Source of the DNA: Thermoplasmatota archaeon
GTDB lineage: Archaea > Thermoplasmatota > Penumbrarchaeia > Penumbrarchaeales > Penumbrarchaeaceae
Reading direction: 5' to 3'
Assembly: GCA_029762535.1 (NCBI GenBank)
Contig: JARVGK010000001.1
Span: forward strand, 98,860-162,859
Length of the DNA stretch: 64,000 nucleotides
A program made the position numbers and the translations under genes. This document shows, piece after piece, positions 1-8,287 of this stretch. The notes beneath the pieces are model-generated. The model worked only from the letters and a program-made list of their open reading frames with translations. It did not search any database and was not told the origin of the DNA. The stretch's first letter is position 1. Every line of letters begins with the position of its first letter.

Positions 1-162
1 CAGGATCAGGCCCCAAACCAGAGACTGCCAGAATATCGTCCCGAGCTGCGGGTCCTCGTCCTTCTTACCCGTGGCGATCAGAATTATCGCTCCGAGTATC
101 CCCAACCATCCGAGTATGGCCATCACTTTATTGTCAGCTTTCTTTATTGGTTCAGATCCCAT
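1..162 (-). CDS. Small membrane protein, DUF4870-like; 3' end runs off the window
   Basis: Manual translation: MGSEPIKKADNKVMAILGWLGILGAIILIATGKKDEDPQLGTIFWQSLVWGLIL...; SD GAGGTGA just upstream of the ATG; hydrophobic helices. Not in the ORF track. Confidence 0.6.
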   Translation of the reverse strand, partial: MGSEPIKKADNKVMAILGWLGILGAIILIATGKKDEDPQLGTIFWQSLVWGLIL

Positions 163-376
163 TTGATTCACCTCAACAGTATTTCCCCATTGCCCTCTGA
201 CACGCCAAATACTCTGGCATGCGTGAACCATGAACCGTATCGGCATATTAAAAACTATTGCTATATGGACAAAAAGTATTATTTTTTAGACCCATCATCC
301 AACATGTCTTACATCCTGATAACTCACAGTATACTAAATATAATCAATGATGGTCTACCTGACGCGGTGTATCTGT

Positions 377-682
377 ATGGAACAAGAAAGATTGACGGGA
401 GAGAGGGATCCCACTGTCGCTTTGGTGATCCAGCTTTGCATAGGATGGGTCAGCTTCTTCGGCTGCCTCGGATACTTCTACATCGGCCAATGGCAGAAGG
501 CCCTGGCGTTCATCCTCGCCCAACTCATCATAACCCCGCTGACGATAATCACCATGGGAATGGTCGGTCCTCTCAACCTCGTCCTATACGTCGTAAGCGT
601 GGTCGATGTGTACATGCAGGCGAAGCAGCTCAAGAGGGGACGCGCCATAGGACATTGGACCTTCTTCGACCAGACCGTATGA
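377..682 (+). CDS. Small membrane protein (TM2-like, GLGYFYIGQWQKA motif)
   Basis: Three hydrophobic segments and a G-x-G-x-x-Y-x-G-x-x-x-K-A motif. ATG 377 chosen over 347. Confidence 0.6.
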   Translation: MEQERLTGERDPTVALVIQLCIGWVSFFGCLGYFYIGQWQKALAFILAQLIITPLTIITMGMVGPLNLVLYVVSVVDVYMQAKQLKRGRAIGHWTFFDQTV

Positions 683-696
683 GATGACTCCGATCC

Positions 697-2343
697 TCAA
701 AGGATCGATCCCACGGCGAACCTTGCCAGGAACGCAGATATCGCTGCGCACCACAGGAGTCCCGGGAGATGGATGAGCGCGATCATCCTGTTGCTGCCCC
801 GGAACCTCCTTGCCGATTCGACGGAGAACAGTATGTGGACCATCACGACCATCAGTATGGCGATCATGAGTATTATCTCGAGGTTCGCAACATCCTTCAA
901 CAGGACCAATCCCTGAAGGTTCTCAACGGATCCCGACAGATCGCTCAGCGACTCCAGCCTCTTTAGCATCTCCTCCACTACACCTTCGATAAGGAACAAT
1001 CCCCCAGAGATGAACAGGGTAAGTCCATACAGGATCGCCGTGAAGTTGTCTGCCATCAGGTATCTTCTCTTCCTTAGGGATGCCAGGCTCGTGAAGTATG
1101 TAGAGACCATCGATGAAACGTCCTTGGGGTTGCCACCGGACCTCACTCCGTCCAGGTAAGTGTTCATGAACTGGGATATCAGCTCGGAGCGGCTCTCTCT
1201 AACGAACATGTTCCACGCCCCTTCCTGATCTATTCGAGTCTCGAGCCGGTCGTAGAGGTTACGCACCTGCTCTGTCAATGCCCCGAAATCGTGCCATCTC
1301 AACCTCTTGATGACGGATAGAGGGATCCCGCCCTTGCTCTCGGCGGCGGTTCCCAGTATGCGTATGAAGGCACCGAAGGCCTCATCTCGCCTCGTTATGG
1401 TCCTCTCCTCCTTGAGTATGACGATTCCCGGAACGAGAAGCGGGGTCGCGATCACGGCAAGGTGTATGAGAGCATGTTCCAGGGAAGGCCCGATAAAGAC
1501 GGTTATGATCGCGAGAATGGAAGAGGAGATCAGTGCTAAGGCAAGGGTTATCCTGTACCTTCTGATGAAGGCCGATGTGGCAATGGATGCCCCTGTCCCG
1601 AACCATATGGATTCGCCGGGCATGGTCTGGTCCACGACTATCCAGAGTATGATCTCCACAAGGATGAAGATGAACACGATGAGGAAGGATATGAGGTAAT
1701 GATTGATCCCGACCATCATGGACAGTATCACGAGCATCACGTTGAGGAACATCGTGACGGACACCATGGAGATGTAGACCTCCCTCACGACTTCGATCCT
1801 GTCCAGAGTGTTCGAGTACCGGCTCTTGAACTCTTCCAGGGCGGCCTCCTGCTCGTTCCTGAAGAAGGCCTTGGGATCCTCATCGGTCTCTATGGCATAG
1901 GCCATCCGCTCCATGAAATCCCCCAATCTGCTCGATGGGGTCTTCTTGGATACGATCCTCAGTGCCTCCGGGATCGATATCTTCCATTTCCCCGAGAGCA
2001 CCCTCACCTTCTCGAGCTCCCAGGTTATCGCAGAGGAACCGTCCCGGTCCCTGGCCGCATGCTCGTAGATGGACTTTCTCGTCGAGGATGAGAGAGAAAG
2101 CACCCCGATCCTGATGATGAAAAGATGCAGCTGGTCATCTATCTCGCTCTTCCTCTTCTCTCTCAGTACGAGCGGGAACAGAAGTGCCGAGGAAGAGGCG
2201 AGCGCCACCAGTGCGATGAGCAAAAGGAGCGGAGGACCTGTGAGGAATACGCCCGGCAGGGCCAACATGAGAACGAGCGATAGTATTATCGCCGAGGCGG
2301 CAGCGGGCAGTACCCTCTTGAGCATCCACTGACCAGGCTCCAT
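697..2343 (-). CDS. arlJ: Archaellum motor platform protein ArlJ (FlaJ); true start may be 27-33 nt further upstream
   Basis: Multi-TM T2SSF-like protein with two cytoplasmic repeats (TPSSRLGDFMERMAYAIETD; DFGALTEQVRNLYDRL), last gene of the operon after arlI. Confidence 0.92.
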   Translation of the reverse strand: MEPGQWMLKRVLPAAASAIILSLVLMLALPGVFLTGPPLLLLIALVALASSSALLFPLVLREKRKSEIDDQLHLFIIRIGVLSLSSSTRKSIYEHAARDRDGSSAITWELEKVRVLSGKWKISIPEALRIVSKKTPSSRLGDFMERMAYAIETDEDPKAFFRNEQEAALEEFKSRYSNTLDRIEVVREVYISMVSVTMFLNVMLVILSMMVGINHYLISFLIVFIFILVEIILWIVVDQTMPGESIWFGTGASIATSAFIRRYRITLALALISSSILAIITVFIGPSLEHALIHLAVIATPLLVPGIVILKEERTITRRDEAFGAFIRILGTAAESKGGIPLSVIKRLRWHDFGALTEQVRNLYDRLETRIDQEGAWNMFVRESRSELISQFMNTYLDGVRSGGNPKDVSSMVSTYFTSLASLRKRRYLMADNFTAILYGLTLFISGGLFLIEGVVEEMLKRLESLSDLSGSVENLQGLVLLKDVANLEIILMIAILMVVMVHILFSVESARRFRGSNRMIALIHLPGLLWCAAISAFLARFAVGSIL

Positions 2344-2380
2344 GTCCAGATCGGCGTAAGCCTCTCTAATCCCCGTTCTG

Positions 2381-3997
2381 TCACCCCCTGAGGTTCCTCG
2401 GAAGCCCCTCCCAACCTCTGTCCGAATACCTGCGGAATATCGAGTTAACCTCGTCGTATCCTGTGATCCCGGACTCGACCATGGACCGTATGACCCTCTC
2501 ACGGCGGTCCAATTCGGAATAAATGTCCTTGGCGAAGTCGAGCCCCATCTTGGGGGCGATCTTGTGCTCCAGGATGTAGGAGTTGTACATCCCTGTGAAA
2601 TAATGGGTGTCCCTGACCGGATCCCATTCGAACACGGTCCTGGTGAGAATTCCTCCCCTCTCTTTGGAGTATTTTATCATTTCCTCTATGGCGCTGCATC
2701 TCCTGATGATCCTCCCCTCCTTGTAGACGATCTCCTGGAACAGCGCCACGTTCATGTTGTCGATGAAACGTATCGGGACGTTGATGGGATCCCCCGTGAA
2801 CCGCTGGATCATCTTGTCGATCGAGGAGGCGTGGAACGTGGATAGTACGCTGTGCCCCGTCTGCATCGCCTGGAAGGCTCCGCTGCCCTCCTCTCCCCTG
2901 ACCTCCCCGATTATTATGTAGTCTGGCCTGGACCTCAAGGCGGTCTTGACGAGGTCGAACAGCTCGACCTTCGCCCCCTCGAAAACCGTCTCCCTAGTGA
3001 TCAGCCTTTGCCATATATCATGAGGTACCACTACCTCGGGCGTGTCCTCAGCAGAATATATCTTCTTTCTAAAATTTATGAAGGACAGCAGGGAGTTCAG
3101 TGTGGTGGTCTTGCCGGAGGCTGTCTCTCCCGAGATGAACATGGACATGCCGTACTCCAGGCATATCCAGAGGTATGCGGCCATCTTTGCGGAGAAAGTG
3201 CCCCATTTAACGAGCTGGGGCATGGTTGGGGGCTTCTCGTAGAACTTCCTGACGGTGAAGCTCGCCCCCTCCTTGGAGACGTCCTCCGAGTAGATGATAT
3301 TGATCCTGGAACCGTCGGGCAGAGCCCCGTCGACTATCGGTCTCGCGTCGGTGACGGGTCTGCCGATCCTCTCGGCGGTGGATCTGATGAAATCGTCCAG
3401 TTCCTGTTCCGTTCGGAAACGCAGGTTGGTCCTCAGCATTCCGAATATCTTGTGGACAACGGATATGTTCTTCAGACCAACAGCATGTATGTCCTCGAGA
3501 TAGGGGTCCATGAGCAGGGGCTCGATCACACCTCCCCGTATCAGGTCTCTCTTCAATCCGTACAGGATCCCTTGAACCTCTTCACGGTCGATGACGGTCC
3601 TCTTACGTCGAAGTCTGTCCAGGAAGGTCCGGCCCTCGCCCCGGAATTGAACCGTATCTCTGAACAGCCCTTCGAGGAGCTTTTCAATATCCTCCTCGCT
3701 GCCCTTGTGAAGGGGCGCCATCTCCAAGATGTTGGACTTGATCTCCTGTATCTTGATCATGGCGTCGTCCGGCAGCGTCGGCTGGATCACGGTGTATTCC
3801 CTCTCGTCACCATCGACCTCATGGATGTGGACGAAGACCGGGTCGCCAAGAGGATATATCAGGTCAGGAGACCTGAGGGTGGAGAGGTCCTCTCCCAATC
3901 TTTCCTGGAAGAAAGGTGTCGGAAGGTTTCGGGACCTCAGCGATTCCTGATAGGACTTGAGATGCGGGTTCTTCGATGCGGCCTCCTCCATATCCAT
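2381..3997 (-). CDS. arlI: Archaellum assembly/motor ATPase ArlI (FlaI)
   Basis: Walker A GETASGKTT, ALRSRPDYIIIGEVRG, MQTGH..STFHA; N-terminal IYPLGDPVFVHI typical of FlaI. Confidence 0.96.
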   Translation of the reverse strand: MDMEEAASKNPHLKSYQESLRSRNLPTPFFQERLGEDLSTLRSPDLIYPLGDPVFVHIHEVDGDEREYTVIQPTLPDDAMIKIQEIKSNILEMAPLHKGSEEDIEKLLEGLFRDTVQFRGEGRTFLDRLRRKRTVIDREEVQGILYGLKRDLIRGGVIEPLLMDPYLEDIHAVGLKNISVVHKIFGMLRTNLRFRTEQELDDFIRSTAERIGRPVTDARPIVDGALPDGSRINIIYSEDVSKEGASFTVRKFYEKPPTMPQLVKWGTFSAKMAAYLWICLEYGMSMFISGETASGKTTTLNSLLSFINFRKKIYSAEDTPEVVVPHDIWQRLITRETVFEGAKVELFDLVKTALRSRPDYIIIGEVRGEEGSGAFQAMQTGHSVLSTFHASSIDKMIQRFTGDPINVPIRFIDNMNVALFQEIVYKEGRIIRRCSAIEEMIKYSKERGGILTRTVFEWDPVRDTHYFTGMYNSYILEHKIAPKMGLDFAKDIYSELDRRERVIRSMVESGITGYDEVNSIFRRYSDRGWEGLPRNLRG

Positions 3998-4007
3998 CGA
4001 TCACACC

Positions 4008-4715
4008 TCATGAAACCGTTGTTATATCGACGATGAAACCTGCCCGGGGCTCGATCCTGAAACCGACCGCCGTGCTCACCGGCCCGTGCGCATGCGAATA
4101 TCTGGTCACGTAGAAAATATGCTCGACCTCGCCCTCCACTATCTGGGTCTTCAGTTCTATCAGTATATCGGCGACGGACCTGAAGGGTCCGATGATCTCG
4201 GGGGGGAGGTCCAGAGGGTCCATGGCCAGCATGATGGTCTTGTTCCTGCCCGTAATCTTCTTCAGAAAGGAGATGGTCGAGATCGATCTCGCCTCGTCTA
4301 TGTCGTTCATGACCAGGGCGGAGAAGGTGTCTATCGCTATGACCTCGGTGTCGAAGAGCGACGACGTGCTGGTGAGCCGCTGCAGGAAATCGGTCCTCTT
4401 CTTGGCCTTGCCTATCAGGGGAAAAACAGGAACCAACCTCATTGATCCGTCCAATACATGCTTCTTGACGGGATAATCGAGCGAATCCATCTGGTCAAGG
4501 AAACCCTTCGTCGTCGTCTCAGTGGATATAAGCGTCATTGAATGCCTGTGTAGTAGCAGCCCGTATGCGAGCCTCTGGATCAGGGCCGATTTTCCGCTGC
4601 CCACTCCCCCTGACACGACGATCAATGTCCCCTTTGGAAGCCCGCCCCCCAGATGCCTGTGGAGTCCGTCCCTCTCGAAATCGAACCTAAGCAGGGAAGG
4701 ACGCGAGATGTTCAT
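4008..4715 (-). CDS. arlH: Archaellum KaiC/RecA-like ATP-binding protein ArlH (FlaH)
   Basis: LGGGLPKGT, Walker A GGVGSGKS, Walker B VIAIDTFS, C-terminal FRIEPRAGFIVDIT. Confidence 0.95.
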   Translation of the reverse strand: MNISRPSLLRFDFERDGLHRHLGGGLPKGTLIVVSGGVGSGKSALIQRLAYGLLLHRHSMTLISTETTTKGFLDQMDSLDYPVKKHVLDGSMRLVPVFPLIGKAKKRTDFLQRLTSTSSLFDTEVIAIDTFSALVMNDIDEARSISTISFLKKITGRNKTIMLAMDPLDLPPEIIGPFRSVADILIELKTQIVEGEVEHIFYVTRYSHAHGPVSTAVGFRIEPRAGFIVDITTVS

Positions 4716-4716
4716 A

Positions 4717-5208
4717 TCAGACCTCCCTTATCCTGAACGTGATGGTGTCCAGTGCGGACCCCCTTGGAGCCCCCCCTTCCGTGAGGCCCGATGTGGATGC
4801 CCATCCGCTGTAATCGGCGCCTTCCACGAGGCCCCCTGCCTCGAAGGTGACCTGGACAACGGACCCGGGCACCCATATAGACCCACCGCCTACTATCAGG
4901 ACCAGGGTCCCATTGCCTCCGGATACCGTTCCGTTTGCCGAAACTATGACGTCCTGAACGGAGAGCTCCGAGGATCCCGTGTTCTTGATATAGAAGGTCA
5001 GGTTCTGAGATATATTATCGTACGGCACCATGCCCGGGTCGTTAACGATGGTCAGAGAGGATGTCATGTCCGCCCTCAGTAGGGCGGCCTCGTCCCTGAG
5101 GCCCTTTGAGTAGTTGTCGGCGACATCAATGAAGGCCACCGCCACGGCGGACGATACTATCAAGGCCGCGACAAAGAAGATCAGTTCGGATATAGCGGTC
5201 CCTGCCAT
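4717..5208 (-). CDS. arlG: Archaellum stator protein ArlG (FlaG)
   Basis: N-terminal MAGTAISELIFFVAALIVSSAVA, I(V)NDP and FYIKNTGS motifs; position upstream of arlH. Confidence 0.92.
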   Translation of the reverse strand: MAGTAISELIFFVAALIVSSAVAVAFIDVADNYSKGLRDEAALLRADMTSSLTIVNDPGMVPYDNISQNLTFYIKNTGSSELSVQDVIVSANGTVSGGNGTLVLIVGGGSIWVPGSVVQVTFEAGGLVEGADYSGWASTSGLTEGGAPRGSALDTITFRIREV

Positions 5209-5217
5209 GTGGATCCC

Positions 5218-5646
5218 TCATGTCTCCTCGATGTCGCCCGCGTTCAAGTGCCGTGCGATGCCGAAGGGCCCTACTACCCTGGCCGATAGGGGTTTCGATA
5301 CGTTATCGAACGAGTATATCGCCGTGTACCCCGGGTAGATGAGAGGACCCCCTTCGTAGGAAGGGGCGGCCAGGACTCCGTCGAGCAGGAACTGGAACCC
5401 CCCTCCTTCGATGGGATCGGAGCCCGAATTGAACAATTCTATTTCGAGATCACGTGTCGTGTTGTTGTAATTCGCTCCATCTATCGAGAAATCCGTGTTC
5501 CTTATGGATATGGCGCTTTCCTTGAGATCCTCCCTGGCCTGCCTGAGGTCCCCTACCGCGCTGTCGATGTGCGGTTGAGAGACCGCCAATCCTACCACGG
5601 CCCCCATAAGGACAATGGCCAACCCGATGGAACCTCCAGAGGACAT
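5218..5646 (-). CDS. arlF: Archaellum stator protein ArlF (FlaF)
   Basis: N-terminal TM, then NT-F-I, N-GS, LLDG and YPG motifs of the FlaF beta-sandwich; position in operon. Confidence 0.8.
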   Translation of the reverse strand: MSSGGSIGLAIVLMGAVVGLAVSQPHIDSAVGDLRQAREDLKESAISIRNTDFSIDGANYNNTTRDLEIELFNSGSDPIEGGGFQFLLDGVLAAPSYEGGPLIYPGYTAIYSFDNVSKPLSARVVGPFGIARHLNAGDIEET

Positions 5647-5652
5647 GTCATA

Positions 5653-6507
5653 TCACCTTCTATCCCCTCTGATCTTCTTGATGAAATCCAGGGATTGTAT
5701 GTGGTCCTCTGCATCCAGCTTCCACGTCACCTTGCGCTCTCCCTCGCCCGCTCTCGGTGGCGATGCGATCCCCTTTGCGATGTTGAACACCTTGTCAACG
5801 ATCCTCTGGTCTACCCAGTTCATCTCCGAATAGTATTCGAGTGTACGCTCGAGGCCCTCCTTCCCTACTCGGTCTATGAGGAATTTTGTCCATCGAAGCA
5901 GCCATTCGTCCGAGTCCATTATGTCGTCCTCGAAACATTCCTCAATATCCTCGAACACATCCCGGGCTTCGACGACCTTTCCCGAGGGGGCTTCGCCCTT
6001 GACAGCGGGCGATACGGAAGCTCCGAGGGGTGGTATGTCGATGAACGGATTGATGCTGGATGAGATCATGTCGTAAAGCCCGGAGAGCTCGCTGACCGTG
6101 GACTCGATGTCCTTGAGGGAGTTCCTGAGACCCTCCAGGCTGCGGAGAAGGTAATTCACCCGCTCCATCTCCGAGCGCATGTCCTTCACCTCGGCCTCGA
6201 GCTTGGAGCTCGTGTGTTTGAGGTCCTCCATCACCTCCCGGGTCCTCCTCAGATCGTCCTCGAGCTTGAATATCTGCTGGGCGCTGGGGCCCTGGAATCC
6301 CGCCATCTGCCCCCTGCTCGGGACCTTGGGGAAGGAGGTCGGTCCAGTTGCAGAAGTGGACTCGGGCGATTCCACAACAGGCTTTACCTTCCTTCCGCTG
6401 ATGAGCGGGGGCTCCATTCGAACCTCGTATCGCTTGATCTCGCCTGAGGCTACCTTGTCGGAGGACTCGATAACGAACTCCTCCTCTTCGACCTTCTTCT
6501 TGGCCAT
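5653..6507 (-). CDS. arlCDE: Fused ArlC/ArlD(E) archaellum switch-complex protein
   Basis: Coiled coil ending in the FlaC-type motif LSGLYDMISSSINPF; C-terminal FlaD/E domain (LRWTKFLIDRVG...LEYYSEMNWV...DHIQSLDFIKKI). Confidence 0.85.
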   Translation of the reverse strand: MAKKKVEEEEFVIESSDKVASGEIKRYEVRMEPPLISGRKVKPVVESPESTSATGPTSFPKVPSRGQMAGFQGPSAQQIFKLEDDLRRTREVMEDLKHTSSKLEAEVKDMRSEMERVNYLLRSLEGLRNSLKDIESTVSELSGLYDMISSSINPFIDIPPLGASVSPAVKGEAPSGKVVEARDVFEDIEECFEDDIMDSDEWLLRWTKFLIDRVGKEGLERTLEYYSEMNWVDQRIVDKVFNIAKGIASPPRAGEGERKVTWKLDAEDHIQSLDFIKKIRGDRR

Positions 6508-6528
6508 GTGAGATTCTCCACCTGCCCG

Positions 6529-7158
6529 TCATTCCAGTAGCGATACGATCCCACCGGTCGGATACGCGCTCGGCGTCCTGAAGAAATCATACCTCTGATG
6601 GCCGGATGTGGTCACATGGGTGTATATCTCAAGGGTTGAGGCTGGCGGGAGAGCTGTGAGGGCCGTTGAGAGGTCGACCGTCAGGACCAGACGTGCCCTC
6701 TCCCCCAGTATGTACCTGGGCGGGGTCGCCGTGGGGTCATACTGGTTCAGCGGGTCCAGCACCTCGTCCGTGGCGAAGAACTGTGCGGTAGCCTGAGTGG
6801 GGGATGCGGTGTTGAACGTAAGGTCCGTAGATACCGCGTTCCCGGTCGTTGGTGTAACCAGGATGTGCAGGACTAGGTCCCTCATATCGACCCCCTCGGA
6901 ACCGTAAAGGTCCATGTACAGGTCTATCGAAACGACGTTGGAACCGCTTACGGTCCCTTCTGCTATCATTATCATCGGCGCGGCCCTGACCAGTTTGACG
7001 GCGTCCTGCTTCGCTGACTGGGCCTTCTCCTCCAGGTCCTCAGCGGTCGCTATGATCACAGCTGCGGCAATAGCCGCTACCAGTATAAGGGCGATGAAGA
7101 TTATCAATGTCCCTATCCCGATAGCGCCGGTATCTCTCTTCCAGTGCATCCTTTTCAT
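6529..7158 (-). CDS. arlB: Archaellin ArlB (single copy in the operon)
   Basis: Class III signal peptide KRDTG/AIGIGTLIIFIALILVAAIAAAVII. Confidence 0.93.
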   Translation of the reverse strand: MKRMHWKRDTGAIGIGTLIIFIALILVAAIAAAVIIATAEDLEEKAQSAKQDAVKLVRAAPMIMIAEGTVSGSNVVSIDLYMDLYGSEGVDMRDLVLHILVTPTTGNAVSTDLTFNTASPTQATAQFFATDEVLDPLNQYDPTATPPRYILGERARLVLTVDLSTALTALPPASTLEIYTHVTTSGHQRYDFFRTPSAYPTGGIVSLLE

Positions 7159-8273
7159 GTGTCTTCCTCCATATTTTTTTTCTTAAGCTTCTTATCAATA
7201 ATTCCGTCCCCGCCTATAATGTCCGGATAGGCGTACGGGCTCATGATCATCATGTCGATCTCATTTTCATCGGGCGATAACTCAGCGGTCCCCGCTTCTC
7301 CCTTTGGTGCCGTAAGGTTCTCGTCCTCTTCCTCCCAGGACACGACATCCTCATCCATGACCTCAGGGTCCATATCGACGGACCGCACTACAGGCCTCTC
7401 CTCCACCGTGAAATCGTCCTCGTCAAGGACGATCACCCTCTCCTTGGCCGCAGGGGCGTCCTCCTGTGCCCGAGCGAACGTCGGCGTATCGAGCTTGAAC
7501 TCGACGGTAGCGGATCCGAAGGGCTCGATCGATGTTATGACCGCACCCGGCGGGTCCGGAACGAGGCCGCCGGGCGGTTTCGGGGATAGCCGAACGTCCC
7601 TGATGATCTGGTCGCTGTTGTTCTCTATGGTTATGTGGTAGGAGGCCCTCCCCTGCCTGGATGAGAAGGCGGTGCGGAGTATTATGCCCGCATCCTTTAG
7701 GAGATGCCCTTCTATTCCGATGTTCCAGTTAGGATCGGTGGGATGGAGAATGAATGTGGATTCCTTGTATTCTTTGGGGCCTATCATTCCGAAGAGCCTT
7801 TCCTCGACGTTGCGGAACAGTCCTTCATCAAAACTTGGCCTGATTATTATCTCTCCAAGGGGCTCGGAAGACGGGTTCTCTATCCTTACGGTATAGTTGA
7901 TGGCATTTCCGGTCCAGATCGCCGCCGTCAGTATGTCCACGTTCCTGTTGAGCAACGGGAAAGGCGTATAGGTCGCCCTGTTCAGTGCCTTTCTCAACGT
8001 CTTTAACCTGTCAAGGGCGTTCTGGTAATCCGCCCTCAGGGCGGTATCCCTTGATGAGTCGATGATGCGCCTCGCCTCATTGACATCGTATCCGCTCTCC
8101 TCCATGAGGTCGGTCCTCTCCCGGGCCTTCTTCAACAGCTCCATGAACCTGCGGTGAAGGGATTGGGTCTCATCGATGAGGGATCCGGCCTTCTTCGAAA
8201 GCCTCGCCGCTTTGATGAAATTACCGACCGCCAACTCCTGCCTGGCCTGCTCGATCAGCTCCTGAGGGTTCAA
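7155..8273 (-). CDS. Cytoplasmic hypothetical protein: helical hairpin repeats, two beta-sandwich domains, acidic tail; translationally coupled to arlB
   Basis: TTG start; its stop overlaps the arlB ATG (ATGA). Internal duplication INYTVRIENPS / ASYHITIENNS. No signal peptide. Confidence 0.8.
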   Translation of the reverse strand: MNPQELIEQARQELAVGNFIKAARLSKKAGSLIDETQSLHRRFMELLKKARERTDLMEESGYDVNEARRIIDSSRDTALRADYQNALDRLKTLRKALNRATYTPFPLLNRNVDILTAAIWTGNAINYTVRIENPSSEPLGEIIIRPSFDEGLFRNVEERLFGMIGPKEYKESTFILHPTDPNWNIGIEGHLLKDAGIILRTAFSSRQGRASYHITIENNSDQIIRDVRLSPKPPGGLVPDPPGAVITSIEPFGSATVEFKLDTPTFARAQEDAPAAKERVIVLDEDDFTVEERPVVRSVDMDPEVMDEDVVSWEEEDENLTAPKGEAGTAELSPDENEIDMMIMSPYAYPDIIGGDGIIDKKLKKKNMEEDT

Positions 8274-8287
8274 CTTCTGGACAGCGT

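Noticed and set aside
2852-4036. Long antisense ORFs (this one, 36297-37556, 44061-44999, 15890-16669 and similar)
   Set aside because: Shadow frames of well-supported genes in GC-rich DNA, with no recognisable motifs.
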